Part shown: piece after piece, positions 49,395 to 58,224 of the stretch
How positions within the stretch are numbered: position 1 is the stretch's first letter
Layout of the letters: each line of letters opens with the position of its first letter
Origin: Calditrichia bacterium
GTDB lineage: Bacteria > Calditrichota > Calditrichia > RBG-13-44-9 > J075
Direction: 5' to 3'
NCBI GenBank assembly: GCA_050633245.1
Contig: JBOEGD010000016.1
Coordinates: forward strand, 46 to 64,045
Length of the DNA: 64,000 nucleotides
Notes under the pieces: generated by a model
The model's input: only the letters and a program-made list of their open reading frames with translations
Database searches by the model: none
What the model was told of the DNA's origin: nothing
Program-made: the position numbers and the translations under genes

Positions 49395-52043
49395 TTATTT
49401 AAAAAAGCGATAGGTGGCTTTAATCAAGAATGTGTTTTCAGGTCGTTTCTTAATAATTTGTTCTCTGAAGCGATTTGCAAGGCCTGAACCCGGTGTGGAA
49501 TAGTCATTAATTCCCTGCGACCACACCAGAAAGATTGCTGAGCCCGGACGATATTCGTAGCGCACCACCAAATTCGACCTGAACTGTGCAAAGGAAAAGT
49601 CCAGATCATTAAACGAGTAGTCGGCGGTGCCATTGCGATCTTCATCAACCTGAAAACCACCATTTGCTGCGCTGGTTAATTGAGCATCATCATACCTAAC
49701 CAGCTGTTCACGCTCGCTATCTGCAAGTGGATTTTGCACGTAGCTATAGCGATCATATTCGCCGCTCGAAAGATAAACCTCACCATAATATTGGATGGAC
49801 AGCGTTGAACTTTGCGCATAATTTAACCTAAGCGATGTGCTAAAGGTCTCTTGACTGAGCTTTGCGGTCAAGTAGCGAGCATCTCCCTGGAAGTTTGCTT
49901 GCCCAATATATTGCAAACGATTATCAGTTGTTACATAACGAGGCGATAAAGACAGACGAAGTTGATTTATCGGTTGATACGTCACGGTTAACCAATTCTC
50001 CAGAAGACGATAAGCATCTTCGCCACCGCGTTTCGTCCAGCCGTAGAGGTAGGCGTAGAACTTGCGCCTTCTGTCCGAACCGACCTCCCACCATAATCCT
50101 CGCTGATCCGGAAGCCGGATTCTTGGTCCACCGCGTAAAATAGATTTAGAATAGATATGCGGTTGGATAAAAAGGCCAAGCGTGGAAAACCAGTTGTTCT
50201 TAAAGACAGAATTTATATCGATATCCCAATCGTGATAGTTATGGTTTCCTTCAAAATCCCAGGTATACCAGTGATTGTATCCTATCGTAGCGCTGCGAAA
50301 GAGACTGAAGGGCCGAAGCGAACTATAGGTCGCTCCCATATAGTTTTGAATATCATCAGCCTCCCGTAAAAAGCCAATGTCATTTAACTCCAGGCCTGGT
50401 GATCGCCAGGTCAAACCCGTTTCAAACTTCACATGTCCTTTACCAGCCTTGCCGACTTTCAGATCGCCTCCATGTCCGCTCAGCGATGTTTTAGTCGAAT
50501 CGACTGACACATGCCCCGCATCTACCCGCTGATACAGTCGTCTTAAGGAAGTCTGTGTATTTAGTATAGATTCTTTAGTGCCGGCAACGCGACTAAAAAC
50601 CAGATTATTGTCTACATACCAACTTCGATCATTCCATTGATGCTTAAAATCTAAACCACCGGTTAAAGCAGATTTATGAAGAAAGCTTACGTTCTCATTA
50701 TTGTCACGAACGACTGAAGTGATGATACCGCCGATATAGGTATTTTTGTTGTTTAAGTCCTGCTGTGCTCTTCCTACAAAATAGTTTGTTAACGGTTCAA
50801 CCACAACCTCATCAACGCCATCAGTTCCGCTTATCTCGGCGTATTCGGTTCCGGTAACACTTTCCATTAATCCCAGAGATAATCCACTTTTGGTCTTACC
50901 ACTCAGCTTAACAGCACCTAAAATAGTCGTTCGTGCAGGCATATTAATAAAGCCATCACCATTTGTTTGCACACTCCCCTGCGGCGCCCGTCCAATTCTG
51001 CGGGAATAGAACAAATTATCGCTGCTGAACGGCCCACCAACTATCGCGGTAGAAAATCTATAGTCAAAAATGTTTTTGTTTTCGACAAAAAATGGCCGTC
51101 GTTCATTGAAGAACAATTGAAATCCATCGAGCGCAATCGCTGCCGGGTCAGCCTCGACCTGCCCAAAATCTGGATTTGCAGTAAAGTCCAGCGTTAGATT
51201 ATTGGTAATGCTGAATTTTCCATCCACTCCAAACTCAACAGACTTAATGCTTGAATCCCGAAAGGGATTTTGCGGAACGGTTTCAAATGTATTAAGTGAA
51301 TTCACAATAAACGGCTGAATCTCCAGATGCTTTTCGGCACTAAGGTCGTTTAAGCCGGTAAGCTCACCAAATTCGCTCACCCAACCTGCTGCGTCCAGCG
51401 GCACGCGCTGCCAGACGGAGAGTTCTTCATTACGCGAAAGTCGCCTCACAATTTGCAGTCCCCATGTCAGACCATCGCTCGCGCTAAAACGAAGCTGGCT
51501 GAGTGGAATTTTCATCTCGGATGTCCATCCTTCCTCAGAAATATTGCTTCCCGAGTACCACACCGGATTCCAGGTATCATCTTCCTGACTACCGTTTAAC
51601 AAAATCTTTTTATCTCCCTGCACACCTGCAGCAGAGAGAGTGAACGAAAAAGCAGTTCGCAGATCATGGTCACTGTCAAAAAGTACCTCTACCCAATCTC
51701 CTTCAGCTCCATCTCTGCGTGTCATACGTCGGTTTATTTTATCCGGCTCTGCATCGAAGCACTTAATTCCGATGTACAAAAACTCGGGATCGTAAATAAT
51801 TTTGAATGTCGTTTGCTCGTCGGGCTCGGCATTTTCATTTGGTTCGCGCTGAATAAAACGTTGCCCCCACCCCTCTCCTGACCAAACCTCTTCATCGAGT
51901 TTGCCATCGATAACCGGAACCTGTTGCGCATCAATCTGCTGCGTTGAATACGCGCGTTTTTCGATTTCCAATTCCTGGGAGAACCCACTGAGTGACATCA
52001 GCAGGAAGACAACCGGATATAGTAAAACTCGCTTTAAACACAT
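49395..52043 (-). CDS. DUF5916-family protein (CBM9-like N-terminal domain plus large beta-rich C-terminal region; predicted outer-membrane/secreted)
   Basis: 882 aa with a signal peptide. The N-terminal ...VIDGKLDEEVWSGEGWGQRFIQREPNE...DGAEGDWVEVLFDSDHD... resembles the CBM family 9-like domain typical of DUF5916 proteins in the FCB group. Confidence 0.55.
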   Translation of the reverse strand: MCLKRVLLYPVVFLLMSLSGFSQELEIEKRAYSTQQIDAQQVPVIDGKLDEEVWSGEGWGQRFIQREPNENAEPDEQTTFKIIYDPEFLYIGIKCFDAEPDKINRRMTRRDGAEGDWVEVLFDSDHDLRTAFSFTLSAAGVQGDKKILLNGSQEDDTWNPVWYSGSNISEEGWTSEMKIPLSQLRFSASDGLTWGLQIVRRLSRNEELSVWQRVPLDAAGWVSEFGELTGLNDLSAEKHLEIQPFIVNSLNTFETVPQNPFRDSSIKSVEFGVDGKFSITNNLTLDFTANPDFGQVEADPAAIALDGFQLFFNERRPFFVENKNIFDYRFSTAIVGGPFSSDNLFYSRRIGRAPQGSVQTNGDGFINMPARTTILGAVKLSGKTKSGLSLGLMESVTGTEYAEISGTDGVDEVVVEPLTNYFVGRAQQDLNNKNTYIGGIITSVVRDNNENVSFLHKSALTGGLDFKHQWNDRSWYVDNNLVFSRVAGTKESILNTQTSLRRLYQRVDAGHVSVDSTKTSLSGHGGDLKVGKAGKGHVKFETGLTWRSPGLELNDIGFLREADDIQNYMGATYSSLRPFSLFRSATIGYNHWYTWDFEGNHNYHDWDIDINSVFKNNWFSTLGLFIQPHIYSKSILRGGPRIRLPDQRGLWWEVGSDRRRKFYAYLYGWTKRGGEDAYRLLENWLTVTYQPINQLRLSLSPRYVTTDNRLQYIGQANFQGDARYLTAKLSQETFSTSLRLNYAQSSTLSIQYYGEVYLSSGEYDRYSYVQNPLADSEREQLVRYDDAQLTSAANGGFQVDEDRNGTADYSFNDLDFSFAQFRSNLVVRYEYRPGSAIFLVWSQGINDYSTPGSGLANRFREQIIKKRPENTFLIKATYRFFK

Positions 52044-52197
52044 AGCACATCTCTCCTATACAATGGTTAAATATGTTATTGCCTTTCTCAACTTTTGAAA
52101 TATACAGGGCTTTTGGGGCGCTGAAATTGAATAGGTTTGACGGCTTAACTGAAATAATTTCAAGTAACTTTTTCATAAATGCGCTTATATTTGATCC

Positions 52198-53088
52198 ATG
52201 GAACTAAAATACTTCAAACTGATAAAGACCATTGCCGAAGAAGGTAATATCGCCAATTCATCGGAACGGCTCTTCCTTACGCAGTCGGCATTAAGCCATC
52301 AGCTGCGTGAGATTGAAGAGCGACTCGGGTTTAAGGTGTTTCATCGCAGTCGTAACAAGTGGCAGCTGACTCAGGAGGGCTCGGAGCTCTACAAGCTGGC
52401 TAATAATCTGCTAAGTGCGATTGAAGAAGGCTTCAGCAATATCCAGCAGATTAAGCAGGGTTCGAAGGGGTCTATAAAGCTAAATGCGGAGTGCCATTCC
52501 TTTTTTCGCGGCCTCCCGGCGTTTGTTCAAAAGATGGCGGTGTTGTATCCGGAAATTGAGATCGATTTGAATCTTGGGACAACTCACCAAACCATTTCCG
52601 AGCTTCTGTCAGGTGAAATCGATATTGCCATTCTCAGCTCGAAACCGAGTGGAGAAACACTGACCAGTATTGAAGTATTTAGAGATGAGATTTTTGCAGT
52701 GATGCACAAGGAGAGCTATTACAAGAACGTGGACTATCTGGAAGCGAGTCACTTTTCCGATCTGCATCTGATCATCAATTCCTTCCCACTGGAGGGCGTT
52801 GCCGTTTATGAACATTTCTTACGACCCAACAAGATAACCCCCGGCAAGATAACCGCTATCCCCTTTACGGAAATCACGCTGGAAATGGTGAATGCCAATA
52901 TGGGAGTTATGTGTTCGCCCAAATGGGCATTGAAGACCTTTAAGCTTCCGGAAGATTTGGTGTACAAACACATTGGCGAGAATGGCTTAAAACGTACGCA
53001 CTATCTGGTTGTAAAAGAAGAGAATCGGAAGAAGCGCTATATCAGGGATTTTATTGCTACGTTTGAGGAAGATTTTCTGGATAAGTAA
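52198..53088 (+). CDS. LysR-family transcriptional regulator
   Basis: 296 aa. N-terminal wHTH MELKYFKLIKTIAEEGNIANSSERLFLTQSALSHQLREIEERLG; C-terminal LysR substrate-binding fold. Confidence 0.85.
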   Translation: MELKYFKLIKTIAEEGNIANSSERLFLTQSALSHQLREIEERLGFKVFHRSRNKWQLTQEGSELYKLANNLLSAIEEGFSNIQQIKQGSKGSIKLNAECHSFFRGLPAFVQKMAVLYPEIEIDLNLGTTHQTISELLSGEIDIAILSSKPSGETLTSIEVFRDEIFAVMHKESYYKNVDYLEASHFSDLHLIINSFPLEGVAVYEHFLRPNKITPGKITAIPFTEITLEMVNANMGVMCSPKWALKTFKLPEDLVYKHIGENGLKRTHYLVVKEENRKKRYIRDFIATFEEDFLDK

Positions 53089-53259
53089 GATCCAGCCAGG
53101 GCAGGTCAACTCACTTAACGACTCTCGTGATAGCCAGTCCAATATTCGCAGCTGCGGACAGTATACTGCCAGCGGTAGGGCAAATAAACAATGATTAGCT
53201 CTCCATCATAATTTCTTCTATTTGTCCATCTTCATCTTCTTTTGTTTCAAATGCGCTTT

Positions 53260-54441
53260 TTATGGCTGAGCAGCTTCTTCTCGCTTTTTTACTACTTCCT
53301 GGTTAGCGCTCATTTTTTCTACCTTTTCCTTCTTTTCTTTCTTCTCCCTCGGCAACCAACCCAACCCTTTGGCATGTAAACTTTGAATATAGAGACGATC
53401 TTCAGTCTCGGTTACTGCAGTCGTTTCAGGATATTGCCCGGTTGGGTCCTGTAGATCAGAGACGATAATACCATCTTCAGTAAACGCAATGACATGTCCA
53501 TAAGCTTTGGGAACCGGCCAAAGTGCTCGCGGGAGGCGCAGAATCACCTTGCGCAGGAATGGTTTATCGGCCAGCATATCTACAATCGGACTGCGCGGCT
53601 TGGCAAACCCCAGCCAGATTTTTCCGTCCGTTCCGCGTAGCAGATTGTCAGGGTAACCCGGCAAATTGTCAAGTAAGATGCTGGCCAGGTTGCTATCCGT
53701 GTTTACATCAACGTTTTCGGCTGAGACGGCTACTTTCCAGACACGATATCTGCCGGTCTCATTTACAAACAGTGTTTTTTCGTCATCGCTGAGTGCTACG
53801 CCATTGGCAAAGCTGAATCCACTTGCCACAATACGGATAGACTTTGTTTGTGGATTGTATCGGAGAATTCGCCCGCTGGCAGACTGTTCGATAATATCGA
53901 GCACACTGGCCTCAAACGTGCCGCCCCAAAGTCTGGGGGCAAAACGGGTAGATGCTTCACTGAAATAGATCATGCTGTCGCTCGCTACCACGACTGAATT
54001 GGCGTAACAAACTGGCTTTCCATTAATCGCATGTACAAGCACCTCAATAAATCCACCCGGGCTAATAGATAACAAGCCTTTAACTGCATCAGCAGCGATC
54101 AGATAGCCAGCAGCATCAAAATCGAATCCTAAAACGCGTCCTTCGGTATTTACAAACACTTCCAGTTCACTGCCATCGGGCTTCATGCGCAAGATATTAC
54201 CACTCGCTACCGCCATGTATAGCAAGCTATCCGGACCAAGAACCACATGTTCCGGGCCCTCTCCTCCGTCCAATGGAATAATGTTTAAGTCATTGAGTTT
54301 TTGGTTAACAGCATGTGGCCCAACATATCCGGGGGCCTCCGGAGCATTCCAGCTCACTGGTTCTGCCGGTACCGGCCAGAAACAGAGCCAGGCGACAATG
54401 ACAAACGAAAGCAATAGCAGACTTCGAGTCAGCTTTTTCAT
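53260..54441 (-). CDS. SMP-30/gluconolactonase/strictosidine-synthase-like six-bladed beta-propeller protein, secreted
   Basis: 393 aa with a signal/anchor and propeller-like repeats (...GPEHVVLGPDSLLYMA..., ...ANSVVVASDSMIYFSEAS..., ...ANGVALSDDEKTLFVNET...). The Lys/Glu-rich C-terminal tail is unusual. Confidence 0.6.
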   Translation of the reverse strand: MKKLTRSLLLLSFVIVAWLCFWPVPAEPVSWNAPEAPGYVGPHAVNQKLNDLNIIPLDGGEGPEHVVLGPDSLLYMAVASGNILRMKPDGSELEVFVNTEGRVLGFDFDAAGYLIAADAVKGLLSISPGGFIEVLVHAINGKPVCYANSVVVASDSMIYFSEASTRFAPRLWGGTFEASVLDIIEQSASGRILRYNPQTKSIRIVASGFSFANGVALSDDEKTLFVNETGRYRVWKVAVSAENVDVNTDSNLASILLDNLPGYPDNLLRGTDGKIWLGFAKPRSPIVDMLADKPFLRKVILRLPRALWPVPKAYGHVIAFTEDGIIVSDLQDPTGQYPETTAVTETEDRLYIQSLHAKGLGWLPREKKEKKEKVEKMSANQEVVKKREEAAQP

Positions 54442-54540
54442 AGACAGCCTCAGAAATTTATTCTCTGCGTTGAAGGATAGATTTGTTGAAGATATCGATC
54501 TTTGAGGGAATAGGAAAATCGGCAGGTTACGTGCGGATAG

Positions 54541-54895
54541 TTATCTGTTTCCGGTTTGCCAATCATATAGTTTACCATCACGGATGTCAGCACGAAAATA
54601 CGCTGCCACATGCCAGCGATGGTCGGGATTATGATACCAGTCCAAATGATCAGCGCTTACACCAGTTGGAGGGCCCAGCACCGCTTCAGCGTCTGCGCGG
54701 GACATTCCGTCATGCAGCGTTCCATTGTCGATCAAAGCCTTGCGTTCAAGAAAACTGCTCGGCGTGCCGTACGGCCAGCCTTCGGTCACTAGCACTTTTT
54801 CTGACGTGTCTGTTGCTGCTTTTGCAGACTTGGCCTGCTGTTTGTCAGTATGATTACAGCCTGTAATTATGATTGACAGGACAATCGATAGTACC
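54541..54895 (-). CDS. hypothetical lipoprotein
   Basis: Start placed at MVLSIVLSIIITGC (lipobox-like) to avoid a 92-nt overlap with the upstream CHAT gene. Last gene downstream of the NLR/CHAT operon on the same strand. Confidence 0.35.
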
Positions 54896-54910
54896 ATTGC
54901 TCTAATCACT

Positions 54911-56005
54911 CTACAATTCCTCGTCATTTTTTTGCCCCAGAAACACAGGTGTATCCGCACCGTCAAGATTACGCATATCAAGCGCATTGCAACCGATTTC
55001 ATATGCTATTTTATAAGACTTTCCGGCACCCAGAGTATCATAAAACGCAACCGAAAATTCTATCGCTGCCTGCTGCTCAATTTTGTTGCTCATACCAATA
55101 ACGCAGGGAATGTGTGCGCTAATTGCCCTGGCCTGTGGTTCAGAATAACAAGCATTGAGTATGACGCACTCAATATTCTCGCTCAGTATACCCAACAAAT
55201 TTGCCAATGCAGCCTCACCTATCGGCTTTCCGAGTCCATTTTCATCCTCTAGTAGAACGGCGCTCTTATTCTCAGAACGCATACCGTGTCCGCTAAAATG
55301 CACGATATTCGGCTCCTCATCTAAAATAGCACGGCGTAAGTCTGTAGTGCGAACCGCCATTCGCGTTACCAGCTCAAACTCATCGCGACGATTTGCACGG
55401 CGAAGGCCCTCCTCTATCTCGCGGATTTCCTCGGCGATGCGCAGCGGATCCTGATCAATCGGCTGGGCAGCCAGCACCAGAATTTTACGCTTTTTCTTAT
55501 TTGCGGTATGATTCTTATTGGATCGTTTATCGATGGTCACTTGCGCAGCATCACCGGTAATATTGATTTGATCACCTTCTACCTGCGTTGTGCTTTGATC
55601 GACAGTATAGTCACCCGTTACCTTCCCTGGCGAGTTTTGACCATGCGTTGTAATGGTATCACCATAACTGACGTTCTGTACATTGCCATCGCCCTGCTGG
55701 TTGGGGCTATTGGTAAACTGGTTACCGCTTTGGGAATAGTGCTTTTTAGGTTGAATCTCTTTCATTAGCTGTTGCAGCACCGTATTGCTCTCTACATAGG
55801 CTTCAAAATACTTGGCGCTTTTGCGATCTGTCTCACTGGCCTTCATTGCCTCTTCGACAATAGCCGTTAGCTGCTCCTCGCTGATCAGAAACTTCTGTAG
55901 TCGTTCGCGCAGGAATTGTTTGGTTACACTTCCGGCGGCCTTTACAGCGTCATAACAAATTCCGCCTAGCACAGCGGAGGTGAGAAATGCGTTTACTCCG
56001 TCCAT
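54911..56005 (-). CDS. CHAT-domain (caspase-like) protease with N-terminal ~70 aa domain and Gly/Gln-rich motif-bearing linker
   Basis: 364 aa. CHAT catalytic dyad context ...PNIVHFSGHGMRSEN... (His) and ...CVILNACYSEP... (Cys). The linker (aa ~95-170) carries motifs shared with the upstream NLR N-termini. Intergenic gap to the upstream NLR gene is 26 bp. Confidence 0.75.
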   Translation of the reverse strand: MDGVNAFLTSAVLGGICYDAVKAAGSVTKQFLRERLQKFLISEEQLTAIVEEAMKASETDRKSAKYFEAYVESNTVLQQLMKEIQPKKHYSQSGNQFTNSPNQQGDGNVQNVSYGDTITTHGQNSPGKVTGDYTVDQSTTQVEGDQINITGDAAQVTIDKRSNKNHTANKKKRKILVLAAQPIDQDPLRIAEEIREIEEGLRRANRRDEFELVTRMAVRTTDLRRAILDEEPNIVHFSGHGMRSENKSAVLLEDENGLGKPIGEAALANLLGILSENIECVILNACYSEPQARAISAHIPCVIGMSNKIEQQAAIEFSVAFYDTLGAGKSYKIAYEIGCNALDMRNLDGADTPVFLGQKNDEEL

Positions 56006-56031
56006 TGATATTCCTTTTTATTGGGATACAC

Positions 56032-58209
56032 CTACATTTTCTTGCTAATTCGATCTATAAAATCCTGAATTTTCTGATGATAAGGATGCTCTTCCGGCAA
56101 GGCGGCATGGTAAATTTCTGCTGCCCGAGAGCAGTAATTCAGGGCAGCTTCGAAATGCCTCATATCCTCTAAGATAGACCCCATTACCCAGCAGGACAGT
56201 GCTAAATCAGGATGATTCGCATGCAAAACCGGCTCACGAATTTTTAATGCCTTCTGTTGCGCATCCAACGCATCTTCTAAACGACCCAAAGAACGATAAA
56301 CCGTCGACAGATTGCTGTAAGATGTGGCTAAGTCAGGATGCCTCTCATCCAAAATAGCTCCAAAAATCTCATGCGCCTTTAGCTGCACTTCCAACCCATC
56401 TTCTAAACGATCCAAAGACTGATAAATAGACGAAAGGTTGTTGTAGGACTGTGCTAAAGAAGGATGAGTCGCATCTAAAACGGACTCACGGATGTTCACT
56501 GCCTTCTGTTGCGCTTCCAACCCATCTTCTAAACGACCCAAAGAAAGATAAACCGTCGACAGATTGTTGTAGGAGGTAGCTAAAGAAGGGTGAGTTGCAT
56601 CTAAAACGGACATTTTAATCTTTAATGCCTTCTGCTGTGACTCCAGCGCATCCTCAAAACGCCCCAAAGAATTATAAATCAACGACAGATTGTTGTAGGA
56701 CTGTGCTATGTCTGGATGATCCACACCCAAAACGGACTCACGACAATTCAAAGCCTTCTGCTGCGACTCTAGCGCATCCTCAAAACGCCCCAAAGAATTA
56801 TAAATCAACGACAGATTGTTGTAGGAGTTGGCCAGTGAAAGATCATCAGCCTCTAGCAGCTTTTCTTCAATGTCTATTCCGCGCAGCTGCACCTCAAGAG
56901 AGTCAGTTATTCGTCCAAAATGGTAATAAATCCAAGCCAGGCGTTCCATAAATCTCGCCAACGAGGTATTAGCGTCCGTCAAATAAGACACCATATCCTC
57001 TGCATAAGGAACAAGACTTGCCTTTGCAAGCGGATTGTCTCCAGGCTGGACGGTTAGTAAGTTTGTCAGCGATTCGATCAGCTTGCTACACCCCCCCGCA
57101 GTGGGTTTCAACCGCTCCCGTGCCACCGCAGCAATAATTGGGTGCAAAAAGACTTCAAAACCTTCCTGCTCAGACAGCCAGCCTTTGGCGACTAGTGAAG
57201 TAAGGGTATCGCTAATGTCATCCTGTAGCCAGTCGCTGAGCATTTGTGCTTCCATTGGCTCAGAAGGCAATACGCATAGGTTAGCAAGTACGTGGGCTTC
57301 TTCTGCAGATAGACCTTCCATGTTAAAAACGTTATTCAGGTGCTCAAAAAGCTTCTTCTCATCAATTTGATCATGCCAGAGGGTCTTAACCTTTTTCGGC
57401 AGAGCTTCATTTAGGTTAAAGCCGATCTCCTTCAGACGTTCCAGCAGTACGGTAATACTTATTTTGGCATGGTTGGCCGTCTTGGCAAGCAGCTCGACAG
57501 TCAACGTATGCTGCCCGGCAAGGTCGATTATCTCCTCCAGCGTTTCCACATCGCGCTTGCCCTTATAGAAGCGATAGAAAATCTCTCTGCAGCTTTCCAC
57601 ATCCAGAAATCCCAGTGGATAGCTCTCAAAACCTGCCAGCTGCAGCCGCGAGCTGGTTACCACCTTTAGCGGCAGGCCGCGCAGGTTGGCCAGATCAGCG
57701 TCTTCTGCATCAAGAATGTCATCGACAACCAGCAAAGACTTTACGGGCAGATTTGCAATCAAATGCATAATAAGCGCAAACTGTTCGTCGAGCGTTTGGC
57801 CCTGCTGAGGCGTAAATACCTCTGCGCTAATCGCCCGAACCAAAGACTCACGAAAGCTGCCAAAATAGTCTACCCACAGCAAATGATCAAAATTCGTCTT
57901 CTGTTCATGGAAAAAATGACGGCACAGCTCAGTCTTGCCTATGCCACCCAGGCCATTCACTACCACCACTGCTCCGGCATCATTCAGCGAGGTTTCCAGC
58001 TGGCGCAAATCTTCTTTCCGACCAACAAAACCCGCATTCTGCGGAGGTGTTCCGGTGAGGAATTTCGGTAATAGTTTATCACCGGAAATATACTGGTTTA
58101 TGATGTTTCCATAGTGAACGCGCTGAGTTCCACCATCGCCCTGCATATTGGGGCTTTGGATAAAGGCATTGTCAGCCTGCTCTTGCTCTTTTGGTTTCTT
58201 CTTTGGCAT
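56032..58209 (-). CDS. NLR-like STAND NTPase (NB-ARC-type P-loop) with C-terminal TPR repeats, paralog A
   Basis: 725 aa. N-terminal Lys-rich/Gly-Gln motif segment MPKKKPKEQEQADNAFIQSPNMQGDGGTQRVHYGNIINQYISG, then KLLPKFLTGTPPQNAGFVGR, then P-loop VVVVNGLGGIGKTELC and Walker B LLVVDDI. The C-terminus has ~8 TPR units (...SYNNLSLIYNSLGRFEDALESQQKAL...). Confidence 0.8.
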   Translation of the reverse strand: MPKKKPKEQEQADNAFIQSPNMQGDGGTQRVHYGNIINQYISGDKLLPKFLTGTPPQNAGFVGRKEDLRQLETSLNDAGAVVVVNGLGGIGKTELCRHFFHEQKTNFDHLLWVDYFGSFRESLVRAISAEVFTPQQGQTLDEQFALIMHLIANLPVKSLLVVDDILDAEDADLANLRGLPLKVVTSSRLQLAGFESYPLGFLDVESCREIFYRFYKGKRDVETLEEIIDLAGQHTLTVELLAKTANHAKISITVLLERLKEIGFNLNEALPKKVKTLWHDQIDEKKLFEHLNNVFNMEGLSAEEAHVLANLCVLPSEPMEAQMLSDWLQDDISDTLTSLVAKGWLSEQEGFEVFLHPIIAAVARERLKPTAGGCSKLIESLTNLLTVQPGDNPLAKASLVPYAEDMVSYLTDANTSLARFMERLAWIYYHFGRITDSLEVQLRGIDIEEKLLEADDLSLANSYNNLSLIYNSLGRFEDALESQQKALNCRESVLGVDHPDIAQSYNNLSLIYNSLGRFEDALESQQKALKIKMSVLDATHPSLATSYNNLSTVYLSLGRLEDGLEAQQKAVNIRESVLDATHPSLAQSYNNLSSIYQSLDRLEDGLEVQLKAHEIFGAILDERHPDLATSYSNLSTVYRSLGRLEDALDAQQKALKIREPVLHANHPDLALSCWVMGSILEDMRHFEAALNYCSRAAEIYHAALPEEHPYHQKIQDFIDRISKKM

Positions 58210-58224
58210 CGTATAAACCTATTT

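Noticed and set aside
54869-55252. 127 aa plus-strand ORF, with similar ORFs at 55155-55454 and 55508-55768
   Set aside because: These are antisense to the CHAT protease gene and have no independent features.
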